DNA of 19,665 nt from the IMG/VR virus record IMGVR_UViG_2740892322_000001, positions 1 to 19,665 of that record; one strand, written 5' to 3'. Each line of letters opens with the position of its first letter. The first letter of the stretch is position 1. The stretch comes from a virus (lineage: Duplodnaviria > Heunggongvirae > Uroviricota > Caudoviricetes). The notes below the pieces were generated by a model, which was not told the DNA's origin, searched no databases, and worked only from the letters and a program-made list of their open reading frames with translations. A program made the translations under genes and the position numbers. Positions 7,482-16,322 of this stretch are shown here, piece by piece.

Positions 7482-10099
7482 TATGCAAGCCTCACAATAT
7501 AGTTAAATGCGATGTTTTTGACGGTGTTTTCGGTATTGCCAGTAGCATTTACGGTAATGGAATGCCCGTGTGAGCCAATAGCAACAGTGTGTGAATGTGC
7601 ACCAATACCAACAGTATGGTTATGTGCTCCAATGTCGACTGTATGTGCATGATTGCCTGATGAACTTGTAGTCGTAGCACCTTTATCACTTCGCGGAACA
7701 CCATAATCTGCACCGCCTGATTGCACGCTCACAGCAAAACCGACGGTATGTGTATGATTGCCAGAAGTATTGGTTGATTTTGTGCCGTGGTTAAACGTAC
7801 TGACTGTTTTTGTCCCGTAATCAAATGAACTGGTCGTTTTCGTTCCTAAGTCCGTATTTGACGCACTGGCGCTGTGAGTATGCGATTTAATCCCGTCCTG
7901 TTCCTGTGACAATACGGCACGCCCACTGGCGGGTTTGCCCTTGATTGTCCAGCCGCGCATATCTGGAATAACACCAGAAGGATAGGCAATAGCCAGTTTC
8001 GGATATGCTGCCTTATCAAACGTCTGTCCCTGCATGATTGCATAGCCTGCAGGCGGTGTATCTGATGGCCATGGCAGCGGAACACCTGGCGGAAATACTT
8101 CAATATTTGCCGAGCCGTCAAATTTCACGCCGTTAATTGTCCTTGCCGTTTTCAGCTTTGTTGCTGTAGCCGCATTGCCGGACAGTTCGCCTGAAAGACC
8201 ACCGCTGAATGTCTGTTTCGCCGCCCATGTCTGAGCTTCGTCGATAATTGGCACACGTCTTGTCGTGATCGTGCGGCTTCCCGGATTTCCTGAAATACGC
8301 ACCATAAAAAAGCGGTAATTCGCTTTACTTACAGTGCTGCGCCATACATGCATTGAGCGCCCCGTACCGGAATCATCACTCGGACCAACTGCGATGTTTA
8401 TCAGGTTGCCATCAATGACGCCCCAGTCCATACCGTCGGGAATGTTGGTCATGTTATCAAGCCGAACGGTTATCAGACTGCCCGGCACAAAGTCGTGGGT
8501 CTGCCAGTCCAGGCTGGTGAGCTTTGCCACTGCACCGCCGATACCCAGATTCAGGGGAAGTGAATACGAGGTGTAGACTTCCCGCCATTCGCTCCACGAG
8601 CTGCCGGTATAGACGCGCTCAAACGTGCGACCTTTAAGGGTTGCACCTGTTCCGGCAGTTGTATAACGCTGCCATACGTTAACACCATCAAAGCGCCTCA
8701 ACACTTCCAGAATACCGAGGACTGTCACGCCGTTTCCGTCCAGTATTGGACCGTTGGTCGCTTTACCTGTAACGCTGTAAATACCTGGTGAAGTCACATC
8801 ATTCAAATCCCCGTCGTAATAACGACTCTCTGACTGATGACCAACTCTTAACCACGGTTCCCACTGCGGATTTGATGCATCCCAGCTTGCCGCAAGGCAG
8901 CGGACGTACATATTTCCACGGCGAGTGGTATAACGTTGCGTTCTTCCATAATTCCCGCCTTCGAGGATCTCAAGCGTCCCCTGAGCAAAGCCGCCTTCCT
9001 CTGGATAATTGCGTTCATATGAAGCTATAGCCGAGCTACTGTTACGCCATAAACCAAGATGCTCGGCGGCTCCAAGCGTATTCAGGTCTATAGTCGTACT
9101 CAAAGGGCGGGTCGCTGATTGAGTGTGACGCCATACGCCCCACGGACCATCAGTGCCATTCCACTTATTGGCGAGTTTACGCATGTATACATTGCCGTCT
9201 CTTGTGGTAAAGCGTTGCGTACCTGCAAAATTGCCGGCAGCAAAAACCTCAAGCACACCGACAGCATTATCTTCCGGGAAATTTTTCTCCAGTGTTGCGT
9301 TGGTGGATGTTGCTTTAGACCAGATACCTGAATAAGCCTTAACAGGACCAAACGTATTCAGATCAGCATCAACCGGCATTTCGCCATTGTTTTTCATAAA
9401 CGTCAGGCTGGTAACGCCAACATTGTCCAGAAAAGCTGATTTATCCTGGATATCTGCACCGTTCTGATTTTTCGCCAGACGTGAATTTGCGTTGTCATTC
9501 GCAGCCTTGACCGCTTTTGGCGTTGCCGCCAGTGACTCACTGGTGCTGTTTGTTGCACTGCTTAACTGAGTAAAACCTTTCTCTGTCAGCGTGGCGTCAG
9601 GATGGCGGCGGGACTGCTCATGCTCTGCGATTTTGTCATCGACGTAATCCTGCGTCGCCATCACTGTGCTGGCATCAATACTCAGCTCAACGGACGCCAC
9701 GTTACTGAGAATAATAACCATGCGGCAGGTCTGCGCACGTCCGGAGCCTTCAGCCAGTTCTGGCTTATAGCTTTCTGCCATGTTGGATACCGCAATCAGT
9801 GTTCCGGCATCATCATACAGACCAAGCTCACGCATCCAGAAGCCGCCCACTTCTGGCGGAACAACCAGTTCAGCCACGATATAGTTTTTATTCTTGTTAT
9901 CCACACTGACTTTATTCAGAGCGTGACGCCAGACTTCATGCACCAGTTTCGTCTGACCGGCATCCGGCACCGGCAATTGGCCATTACCGTCACCCACAGC
10001 CATTGCAGACAGGTTTACTTTTTTCCCGCCGGGAACAGTAGCGGCTGCCAGCTTCGCGGCTCCGGCAGTAGTGATAACGGTTTTAAATTTCGTGCTCAT
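7481..10099 (-). CDS. H: tail fibre protein (gpH-like), mosaic: P2-H-like N-terminus, divergent repeat-containing distal region, His-x-His-rich C-terminus
   Basis: 872 aa (P2 H recalled as 669 aa). N-terminal ~200 aa [20 protein letters not shown]...[20 protein letters not shown] matches P2 H. C-terminus [36 protein letters not shown]...[11 protein letters not shown]. Confidence 0.85.
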   Translation of the reverse strand: MSTKFKTVITTAGAAKLAAATVPGGKKVNLSAMAVGDGNGQLPVPDAGQTKLVHEVWRHALNKVSVDNKNKNYIVAELVVPPEVGGFWMRELGLYDDAGTLIAVSNMAESYKPELAEGSGRAQTCRMVIILSNVASVELSIDASTVMATQDYVDDKIAEHEQSRRHPDATLTEKGFTQLSSATNSTSESLAATPKAVKAANDNANSRLAKNQNGADIQDKSAFLDNVGVTSLTFMKNNGEMPVDADLNTFGPVKAYSGIWSKATSTNATLEKNFPEDNAVGVLEVFAAGNFAGTQRFTTRDGNVYMRKLANKWNGTDGPWGVWRHTQSATRPLSTTIDLNTLGAAEHLGLWRNSSSAIASYERNYPEEGGFAQGTLEILEGGNYGRTQRYTTRRGNMYVRCLAASWDASNPQWEPWLRVGHQSESRYYDGDLNDVTSPGIYSVTGKATNGPILDGNGVTVLGILEVLRRFDGVNVWQRYTTAGTGATLKGRTFERVYTGSSWSEWREVYTSYSLPLNLGIGGAVAKLTSLDWQTHDFVPGSLITVRLDNMTNIPDGMDWGVIDGNLINIAVGPSDDSGTGRSMHVWRSTVSKANYRFFMVRISGNPGSRTITTRRVPIIDEAQTWAAKQTFSGGLSGELSGNAATATKLKTARTINGVKFDGSANIEVFPPGVPLPWPSDTPPAGYAIMQGQTFDKAAYPKLAIAYPSGVIPDMRGWTIKGKPASGRAVLSQEQDGIKSHTHSASASNTDLGTKTTSSFDYGTKTVSTFNHGTKSTNTSGNHTHTVGFAVSVQSGGADYGVPRSDKGATTTSSSGNHAHTVDIGAHNHTVGIGAHSHTVAIGSHGHSITVNATGNTENTVKNIAFNYIVRLA

Positions 10100-10109
10100 T
10101 GTTTCTCAC

Positions 10110-10640
10110 TTATCCGGGATAAACAGTAATAACATCACCATCACAGACCACACCGCCTGTATACAGATAGCCGGGAATGTCCTGGATAATGTTCAGACCG
10201 ATAAGGTGGCGACTTGCGGGTTTGGCATCGGCAATCAGCCGTTCCATTTCCAGATACATCTCCTCCGTGATGCCGCTTTCCAGCACACCGATATCAAGGC
10301 GAAAGGTTCCGGGCGGGTCGTTTGTCTCCCACCATTCCTTTACGTTAATGAGATAGCCGAGCGGCTCCACCACACGCCGGATTGCGCCGATAGTGCCTTT
10401 ATGACAGTGGATGAAATAGGCATCGCGGATAACGGCGCGTTTTGTCGCTTCCGGCCACTTTTCATCCCACCTGTCGACCGAAAACGCCCACGCCAGCCAC
10501 GGCAGCAGATTTGCCGGGCAGGTGTCCGGGTTCCACAGCTCACGAATACTGACCGGCGTTTTTTCAATTTCCGCACAGGCTTTTGCGGCGGCGACCTCAA
10601 GCGGTGATGAGCCGGTCGGCAGCAGGCGCGAATCACTCAT
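10110..10640 (-). CDS. I: baseplate assembly protein (P2 gpI-like)
   Basis: 176 aa, same length as P2 I; overlaps the J stop by 8 nt. Confidence 0.85.
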   Translation of the reverse strand: MSDSRLLPTGSSPLEVAAAKACAEIEKTPVSIRELWNPDTCPANLLPWLAWAFSVDRWDEKWPEATKRAVIRDAYFIHCHKGTIGAIRRVVEPLGYLINVKEWWETNDPPGTFRLDIGVLESGITEEMYLEMERLIADAKPASRHLIGLNIIQDIPGYLYTGGVVCDGDVITVYPG

Positions 10641-11541
10641 CCGAGCCTCCGGTCACAACGCGGTATTCGGTACAGAAAGACGCCTGCGTATTGTTGAGCA
10701 CGATGTCGGCCAGTGGTGCAGCCAGTTCGACACGCTGCACGCCTTCCACATGCAAAGCGGCATAAATGGCAGACAGACGGATGTCGCGCCCCAGCCGGTG
10801 CTGTGCCGTGATGTACGCTTCCAGTTTTTTCACGGCAGCAGCGCGGATGGGTTCGCTTTCGGGACCAGGGTAAAGGTAAAGCGTGGCGTTTATCTGGTAT
10901 TCAACGATGGCGGCAGACTGCACGGTCACGCGGTCGGCCACCGGCCTGACGTCCTCACCATTAAGGGCGTTACGCACCACCGCCAGCAGGTCTTCGGAAG
11001 CGACACCGTTATTTTCACGTGACAGCACAGAGATGGTGACACAGGCCGGAGACGGACTGGTGACAGAGATATCCGCGACACGCCCGTCAGCACTGCGTCC
11101 ATGATACTGATAGGCACCCACCGACCCGGCGACGCTTAAACCTTCAAACGCCTGCTGAATACGCAGACGATAATCGGTGTCAGATTCCATCACTGCCGGT
11201 GTCGGCGGGATGGTCGAATCATCTGCCGGGGTGATAATCAGGCGCGTGGTGTTGTAATTGGCACCAATCACATCAAGGTCATTACCGGCGGCACAGGCCA
11301 GCATCACCGCCCGTGCGGCCTCATTCACACGCTGACGCCAGATAAGCTCACGATAAGCATTTTCCTCCAGCAGTTTGACGAGAGGCTCAGATTCCAGTGT
11401 CAGGGTACGGGCGACCGCCTCCTGCTGGTCTTCCGGGTAAAGGGAAATCAGTGTCGCCTTGCGTTCGGCAAGAATGGTTTCAAAGTCCAGCTCCTCGACC
11501 ACATCCGGTGCGGGTAGCTGGTTCAGGTCGATAATCGGCAT
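10633..11541 (-). CDS. J: baseplate assembly protein (P2 gpJ-like)
   Basis: 302 aa, same length as P2 J; follows W. Confidence 0.85.
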   Translation of the reverse strand: MPIIDLNQLPAPDVVEELDFETILAERKATLISLYPEDQQEAVARTLTLESEPLVKLLEENAYRELIWRQRVNEAARAVMLACAAGNDLDVIGANYNTTRLIITPADDSTIPPTPAVMESDTDYRLRIQQAFEGLSVAGSVGAYQYHGRSADGRVADISVTSPSPACVTISVLSRENNGVASEDLLAVVRNALNGEDVRPVADRVTVQSAAIVEYQINATLYLYPGPESEPIRAAAVKKLEAYITAQHRLGRDIRLSAIYAALHVEGVQRVELAAPLADIVLNNTQASFCTEYRVVTGGSDE

Positions 11542-11545
11542 GGTT

Positions 11546-11893
11546 TCAACTCACAGGGATGGTTAACGAAAGTGGCTGGCCGGTGTCGTTGTGCTGGCCG
11601 GTTAACGTGACCGTCATTCGCCCGTCAAAACTGCGCTCAGTGGTGACGGATGACAGGGTGACGCGGGGTTCCCATTTCAGCACCGCCATGTAACAGGCGA
11701 CCTTAATCTGCAACTCAAGCGCCGGGGTCTGCGGCTGGTCAATCATTGACGCCAGCAACGAGCCGTAATCACGACGCATCACCCGTGAGCCGACCGGTGT
11801 GCGCAGGATATCGCCGATACTCTGGCTGATATGCTCAAGGTCAGTGACAGTCAGGCCATCACTGCGATTCATTCCGAGATAACGCGCTGTCAT
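11546..11893 (-). CDS. W: baseplate wedge protein (P2 gpW-like)
   Basis: 115 aa, same length as P2 W; start overlaps the V stop by 4 nt. Confidence 0.85.
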   Translation of the reverse strand: MTARYLGMNRSDGLTVTDLEHISQSIGDILRTPVGSRVMRRDYGSLLASMIDQPQTPALELQIKVACYMAVLKWEPRVTLSSVTTERSFDGRMTVTLTGQHNDTGQPLSLTIPVS

Positions 11894-12525
11894 AAAGGAC
11901 TCCCGGTTGTGCCGCCGCTGTCGCCGGGGTGTTTATGGGTATGCAGTACCTTACCGTTTGATGAGAGTTCACCGCCGGTGTGTTCAATGTTGCCGCGCAT
12001 CGTCCCGCCCTTCTGCACTTCCAGCGTGCCGGTGATCAGCTTGTTTGTGCAGACCACCTCCGGCGTGTCCAGAGTGATGCGGGTTGATGCTTTCACCATG
12101 ACCACCGGCACCGTGGCAGTAACAGAATCAGAAGCCGTCACGCTGGCCGTTTTAATTCCGCTTACCGTAAGCGCACTGGTTTCGGGTTCATACTCAATCA
12201 CCGCCCCGTCAGGGAAACGGATATGCAGGGCATCCGCCGACGCAGACGGCGCAGGGTTATCGCCGGAATAAATCCCCGGCAGAACGAACGCCGTGTCGAG
12301 TTCACCGCCCACGGCCAGAATCAGCACCTGTTCCCCCACGGAAGGTGCCCACCATGTGCGCGAACGTCCGGCGCGATGGGTCAGCCACTGAAGCCAGTCG
12401 GTGCACATGCCGCCGGTCTGCACACGGCAGCGACCGGCGTTAAGGTCGGTTTCAACGATAATGCCGGTACGAATCATGTTGCGCAGTGCGCGCGCGAGTT
12501 CCTGAATATTTGCGAGAGTGTCCAT
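11890..12525 (-). CDS. V: baseplate spike / assembly protein (P2 gpV-like)
   Basis: Track ORF 11890..12543 begins at TTG. The likely true start is ATG 12523-12525 (MDTLANIQELARALRNM..., 211 aa), matching the recalled P2 V N-terminus and length. Confidence 0.85.
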   Translation of the reverse strand: MDTLANIQELARALRNMIRTGIIVETDLNAGRCRVQTGGMCTDWLQWLTHRAGRSRTWWAPSVGEQVLILAVGGELDTAFVLPGIYSGDNPAPSASADALHIRFPDGAVIEYEPETSALTVSGIKTASVTASDSVTATVPVVMVKASTRITLDTPEVVCTNKLITGTLEVQKGGTMRGNIEHTGGELSSNGKVLHTHKHPGDSGGTTGSPL

Positions 12526-12572
12526 GCATGTGAGATTGCACAATATATAAAAGTTATGCTATCTGGATTCAT

Positions 12573-12591
12573 TTGTAGAACCACCAGACAA
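12573..12591. promoter_or_regulatory. perfect dyad TTGT-N11-ACAA between divergent V and the plus-strand cargo gene; candidate late promoter activator site for V and/or operator for the cargo gene
   Basis: ttgtagaaccaccagacaa is symmetric. Centre about 57 nt upstream of the V ATG and 18-36 nt upstream of the cargo ATG. Resembles but does not exactly match the recalled P2 late promoter TGT-N12-ACA element. Confidence 0.3.
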
Positions 12592-12608
12592 CATTCAAGG
12601 AGAGCGTA

Positions 12609-13394
12609 ATGGTCAGCTATAATGTGACTAATGTGTGGGAGCTAATCGTTTTGTATCTTTTGGTCTTTGCAGTATTAGCATTTTTTAGCTTTGGTAAAAG
12701 TAACCTTATGAGGCTTATTGCACATTATTTCAAATTTGGATATTCAGACAAAAAATTAAAAAGACTGGACCGCGAGTGGCGCGACATTCAACTATTTAAA
12801 ATACTTAACGGAATCAATGTATCAGGCATCGAAGATGTGAGAATGATACAGCAGGGGCTGATTGATGGAAAACTAAAAACATCGGATTTTTTCCTTACTC
12901 GCTTCTGGGGAGACATAACAGAACCGCCATGCATCACAAAAACAATGAGTGCAGTCCTGGCCGGAATTCTTTATATTATCTTCGCATGTTGCATACACAA
13001 CGAGCAATCTGCCATAGTAGAGGATGCCATAGCCATACCATATAAAAATATGATGTACCATGTTTATAATGACAAGGTTCTTTTGTTCTCCGACAATAAA
13101 ACAGATAAGTTCTATAAAGCTTTTAGCATTGCCGATTGCAAGAGACTGCAGAACACTTTTGTAACAGACACACTTCCTGCAATCGCCTGCAATAAGCTCT
13201 TACAGCTAAACGAGGAGGACTCCGAATGGTTAAGTCAGGAGATTAAAGATAATAACAGCCACAGAAAAACATTATTAATAATATCCCTAATCTATTTCAT
13301 TTCAGGTCTATTTATATTCCTGTCATACACAAAATTCCTTTACGCCAATAAGAAGGTTTTAGAATACAAAGCATCAAATAAAAACCACTCATAA
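12609..13394 (+). CDS. hypothetical integral membrane protein (three predicted TM helices), cargo gene at the S/V junction (P2 orf30 position)
   Basis: 261 aa ORF with strong SD AAGGAG 6 nt before the ATG. Very AT-rich, Lys/Asn/Ile/Phe-rich. Hydrophobic segments ELIVLYLLVFAVLAFFSF, MSAVLAGILYIIFACCI and LLIISLIYFISGLFIFLSY. Opposite strand to all flanking late genes. Confidence 0.7.
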   Translation: MVSYNVTNVWELIVLYLLVFAVLAFFSFGKSNLMRLIAHYFKFGYSDKKLKRLDREWRDIQLFKILNGINVSGIEDVRMIQQGLIDGKLKTSDFFLTRFWGDITEPPCITKTMSAVLAGILYIIFACCIHNEQSAIVEDAIAIPYKNMMYHVYNDKVLLFSDNKTDKFYKAFSIADCKRLQNTFVTDTLPAIACNKLLQLNEEDSEWLSQEIKDNNSHRKTLLIISLIYFISGLFIFLSYTKFLYANKKVLEYKASNKNHS

Positions 13395-13463
13395 ACCTCT
13401 AAACATTGCGACCAGCACGGCCGCTCAATGTTTAATTGCGCATCAGCCTCTGCCTGGATAAAA

Positions 13464-13916
13464 CTAACGCTCAAGGTGAGCCAGGATAATCTCTTCAATC
13501 ATCTGCACATCCTCACCGGTAAAGCCGAGCAGAGGACGCGCCGGATAATCAGTTTTCTTACCGTCTTTCCGGGTTTCTTCCGACAGACCGAACTGATGCA
13601 CACTGGCAATTTTCGGCGACTTCCCGCCGTAAAACTCCATTGATGCCTGTTCCGGGCTGGCGCGGATATGCAAAAAACGACTGGTGATAAGTTTCGCAAA
13701 CATTTTTCGCTTAACACGACCGGTCTTTTTTCTGGCGCTCTGCTGCTGGCGTGGCACGTAGGGTGTGCCGTCCGGGGCTTTCTGTGCCATCACCCGACGC
13801 TGCTGACTCTGACGCAGACGTTTCGCCAGTTCGGCGCTCAGTCGCCGACGCCCTGACGGTGACAGCGATTCAGTCAGTCCGGTCAGCCGGTCTTCAAAAC
13901 GCTTAAACTCATTCAT
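13464..13916 (-). CDS. S: tail completion protein (P2 gpS-like)
   Basis: 150 aa, same length as P2 S; overlaps the R stop. Confidence 0.85.
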   Translation of the reverse strand: MNEFKRFEDRLTGLTESLSPSGRRRLSAELAKRLRQSQQRRVMAQKAPDGTPYVPRQQQSARKKTGRVKRKMFAKLITSRFLHIRASPEQASMEFYGGKSPKIASVHQFGLSEETRKDGKKTDYPARPLLGFTGEDVQMIEEIILAHLER

Positions 13917-14376
13917 CCCACTTGCTCACCAGTTCGCCATTGATATACAGCTCCATCGGGCGGGTAACCGGCTCCGGCGGCGGAGGTTCCGGGATATTCT
14001 TCACATGTAGCGCGCCTTCCACCTCACTGACCAGCGTGCGCTCGGTCAGCATCAGGCTGATGCTGATATCAAAGCTGCTGTCATTGTTGATGTCTGCATA
14101 AAACGTGAAGCCCTTTTTCTGGCCTTCGTCGGTGGTCATGATGTCTGGCTGATTTTCCCGCAGCCACGCCAGCACCGGCACAATGAGCAGGTCAAAATCA
14201 CCGGTAAAGTCGGTCACAATCACATTGAGCGTGTAACGCTTTTCGAATGACATAGACGTCGCCAGTGTGGAGGCAATACTCCCGTTATCCACGAATATCC
14301 GCAGCATCTCGGGACTGGTTTTCAGCACCGTGACGGCGTCAGTCAGCGCCCTGCGCAGGCTGTCGGGTTTGAGCAT
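13909..14376 (-). CDS. R: tail completion protein (P2 gpR-like)
   Basis: 155 aa, same length as P2 R. Confidence 0.85.
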   Translation of the reverse strand: MLKPDSLRRALTDAVTVLKTSPEMLRIFVDNGSIASTLATSMSFEKRYTLNVIVTDFTGDFDLLIVPVLAWLRENQPDIMTTDEGQKKGFTFYADINNDSSFDISISLMLTERTLVSEVEGALHVKNIPEPPPPEPVTRPMELYINGELVSKWDE

Positions 14377-14629
14377 CGTTTTCGTCCTGACAGTGTTTAA
14401 TCATTTTTACCTGGCTGGCACAGCGTGCCAGCGCGTTCTCAAGCTGCCGGATATCAGCACTTAAATCGCCGTTCGTCTGCGGGTCACTGCCCGGCATCGG
14501 GCAAAGGCTCACTTTCGGGCAGGCGTTGGCGACAATCACTGGCGTCGGTGCAGGCCGGACGCTGGTGCAACCGGCGCACAACATCAGGCAGGTCAGCGCC
14601 GTACCAGCGGCGAAAATCTTCGTTTTCAT
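14339..14629 (-). CDS. lysC: outer-membrane spanin lipoprotein (P2 LysC / Rz1-like), starting inside lysB in another frame and overlapping R
   Basis: ATG 14627-14629 with GAGG SD gives a 96 aa product MKTKIFAAGTALTCLMLCAGC... with a lipoprotein-type signal and Cys. Same length as P2 LysC. Starts inside lysB and extends into R. Confidence 0.7.
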   Translation of the reverse strand: MKTKIFAAGTALTCLMLCAGCTSVRPAPTPVIVANACPKVSLCPMPGSDPQTNGDLSADIRQLENALARCASQVKMIKHCQDENDAQTRQPAQGAD

Positions 14630-14909
14630 TGAGTAACCTCGTGATGGTTTTCTCGCGCTGTGCTTCACGCTTCGCGGCGTTCTCCAGTTCCTGACGCAGT
14701 ACCACCTGCGCCAGCTCGTTTTTGTCTGCTCTGGTGAGGGCAACATGAAGCTGATTTTTCAGCATGGTGATAGTCGTCTGCTGCCCGCTGGCGACGTTGT
14801 TCGCCCTGTCCAGCGAGGCGCGCAGGCTGGCATTTTTATGTTTCACCAGAAACAGCCCCGCCACCGCCAGCGATAACAACACAACCAGTACAATCATCAG
14901 CTTTGACAT
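14484..14909 (-). CDS. lysB: inner-membrane spanin (P2 LysB / Rz-like)
   Basis: 141 aa with N-terminal TM MIVLVVLLSLAVAGLFLV followed by a coiled-coil-like charged region. Same length as P2 LysB. Confidence 0.8.
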   Translation of the reverse strand: MSKLMIVLVVLLSLAVAGLFLVKHKNASLRASLDRANNVASGQQTTITMLKNQLHVALTRADKNELAQVVLRQELENAAKREAQREKTITRLLNENEDFRRWYGADLPDVVRRLHQRPACTDASDCRQRLPESEPLPDAGQ

Positions 14910-15322
14910 GGTTCCCGCCCCTCAAAACGCTGACGGCAGGCCGTACGTATCAGCCGGAAGAACACCGACGCCACGAGGTAAATCAGCGCAGTAAAAATCC
15001 ACCCGGCAGCGACCAGCGAGATAAACGTCGCCACCATCACCACCAGAGCCGCCGCCCGTCTGCGCCACGGCACCGGCTGCAAAAACAGCGACGTGACAAT
15101 CTTCACGGCCAGCGATTCCGGCGGCAGCTCCCGCCCGTAGCGTTCCAGCACATACTCCGTGGCATACACGCCGACACCACCGGCAACCACACAGATAACC
15201 GTCGCCAGAATCGCCCAGGTGGCGACAAAACTGACGGCCACGCTCTGCGGGTAAATCAGGGACAGTGCCAGCATCAGCGCCAGCGACACGTTCAGCATCA
15301 GTGAAAGGGATAATTTCTTCAT
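14897..15322 (-). CDS. lysA: lysis timing / antiholin-like membrane protein (P2 LysA-like)
   Basis: 141 aa with multiple hydrophobic segments; same length and position as P2 LysA. Confidence 0.75.
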   Translation of the reverse strand: MKKLSLSLMLNVSLALMLALSLIYPQSVAVSFVATWAILATVICVVAGGVGVYATEYVLERYGRELPPESLAVKIVTSLFLQPVPWRRRAAALVVMVATFISLVAAGWIFTALIYLVASVFFRLIRTACRQRFEGREPCQS

Positions 15323-15336
15323 GGTGTTTACTCCGT

Positions 15337-15834
15337 TTAAGCCGGTACGCCGCCGGCGGTACGCCAGACGGTGACCAGTTTTTCCAGTGAATGCTCACGC
15401 TGACCGTAACCGGCACCCGGCAGGGACGCCCAGATATTGCGACAGCGTGAAATGGCGCGCTCAATGCGTCCCGCCCGGATGTCATCCAGTGCACCGCGTT
15501 CGCGGATCAACTGAATGGCGAGCCTGTCCTGTGACAACGGACTGAAATCCGGCAGGGCAAGCTGTTTGCGGTAGTGCGGCCAGAACAGGTAAAGCTGCTG
15601 ATAGCGACCGGAGGCCGTGGATTTTTCACCGCGACGGTTAAACACCTTCGCCGGTCGGCCATGCGCGAACGGGTGGTCACTGTAGTCGGTGAAAATTTCC
15701 GGCTTTCCGTCCAGTCCGGTGACTATCACGTCATAGCCCCGGTTTTTCGTCAGCGGATGATTCGCCGTCCCTTCGGACACGGCCAGCATGTCGAGAAAGG
15801 CGGCGATATTCTGATGCGTGTTAATTACCGGCAT
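15337..15834 (-). CDS. K: endolysin (P2 gpK-like; clearly resembles lambda R lytic transglycosylase)
   Basis: 165 aa. Motifs FLDMLAVSEGT, GYDVIV, FTDYSDHP, SGRYQ, IWASLPGAGYGQ match the recalled lambda R / P2 K family. Start overlaps the Y stop. Confidence 0.85.
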   Translation of the reverse strand: MPVINTHQNIAAFLDMLAVSEGTANHPLTKNRGYDVIVTGLDGKPEIFTDYSDHPFAHGRPAKVFNRRGEKSTASGRYQQLYLFWPHYRKQLALPDFSPLSQDRLAIQLIRERGALDDIRAGRIERAISRCRNIWASLPGAGYGQREHSLEKLVTVWRTAGGVPA

Positions 15835-16115
15835 TACGGTTTCCCCCTGCCCTTAAAGCGGCGCTGAATGGCAATCTCAATCACCTGATAACCGGCGATA
15901 CCCAGCATGGAACCGATGCCGCACACCGCAGGCAGTGACAGGTCAGGAAACTGCACCAGAACAACACCGGCAACCATCGAGACAAAACCGCCGAGCAACA
16001 TGCGCCCGATAAACAGACGCGGGGTGATGGGTTCACCACCGGCAAGCACCTTGCCGACAACAATCAGCACCCCAATCATGAAAAGCGACAGGACGCTTTT
16101 TTCTTCTGCTGTCAT
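15834..16115 (-). CDS. Y: holin (P2 gpY-like)
   Basis: 93 aa with hydrophobic TM segments and charged C-terminus; same length and position as P2 Y. Confidence 0.85.
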   Translation of the reverse strand: MTAEEKSVLSLFMIGVLIVVGKVLAGGEPITPRLFIGRMLLGGFVSMVAGVVLVQFPDLSLPAVCGIGSMLGIAGYQVIEIAIQRRFKGRGKP

Positions 16116-16118
16116 GCG

Positions 16119-16322
16119 TTACTCCCACAGATTGACAGTTTCAGCCACGGGCGCGGTCTGAACGTCGGGCAGTTCGACGGCGGTGCCGTGTGGCAGCACC
16201 GCACCCAGTTCAGCCAGTCCCGGATTTGCGGCGAGCACGGTCTCAACCACGCCCTCAGTGCGCCCGTAATACCGGACACAAATGGCGTCGAGCGTGTCAC
16301 CCTGTAGCGCAAAGGTCTTCAT
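16119..16322 (-). CDS. X: tail protein X (P2 gpX-like)
   Basis: Track ORF starts at GTG 16391. The likely true start is ATG 16320-16322 (MKTFALQGDTLDAICVRYYGRTEGVVETVLAANPGL..., 67 aa, P2 X length), sharing one base with the L stop. Confidence 0.8.
   Translation of the reverse strand: MKTFALQGDTLDAICVRYYGRTEGVVETVLAANPGLAELGAVLPHGTAVELPDVQTAPVAETVNLWE

Noticed and set aside
7484-7760. Short repeated units at the 3' end of H that could be mistaken for a repeat array
   Set aside because: They are in-frame codon repeats encoding G-x-H-x-H-T-V units inside a continuous ORF, not spacer-separated direct repeats. No CRISPR-like architecture.
9602-10607. Plus-strand ORFs 9602..10129 and 10071..10607 (175 and 178 aa)
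   Set aside because: Antisense to H and I, which match P2 proteins in sequence and length. His/Cys-rich shadow translations.
12873-13061. 62 aa minus-strand ORF inside the plus-strand cargo gene
   Set aside because: Antisense to the longer ORF that has a strong SD and coherent TM architecture; AT-rich sequence gives few stops by chance in short windows.
14903-15494. ORFs 14903..15304 (+) and 14922..15494 (-) with Arg/His/Gln-rich or Gly/Cys-rich products
   Set aside because: They overlap lysA and K in alternative frames or antisense. The lysA and K frames are supported by P2 length matches and membrane/lysozyme motifs.
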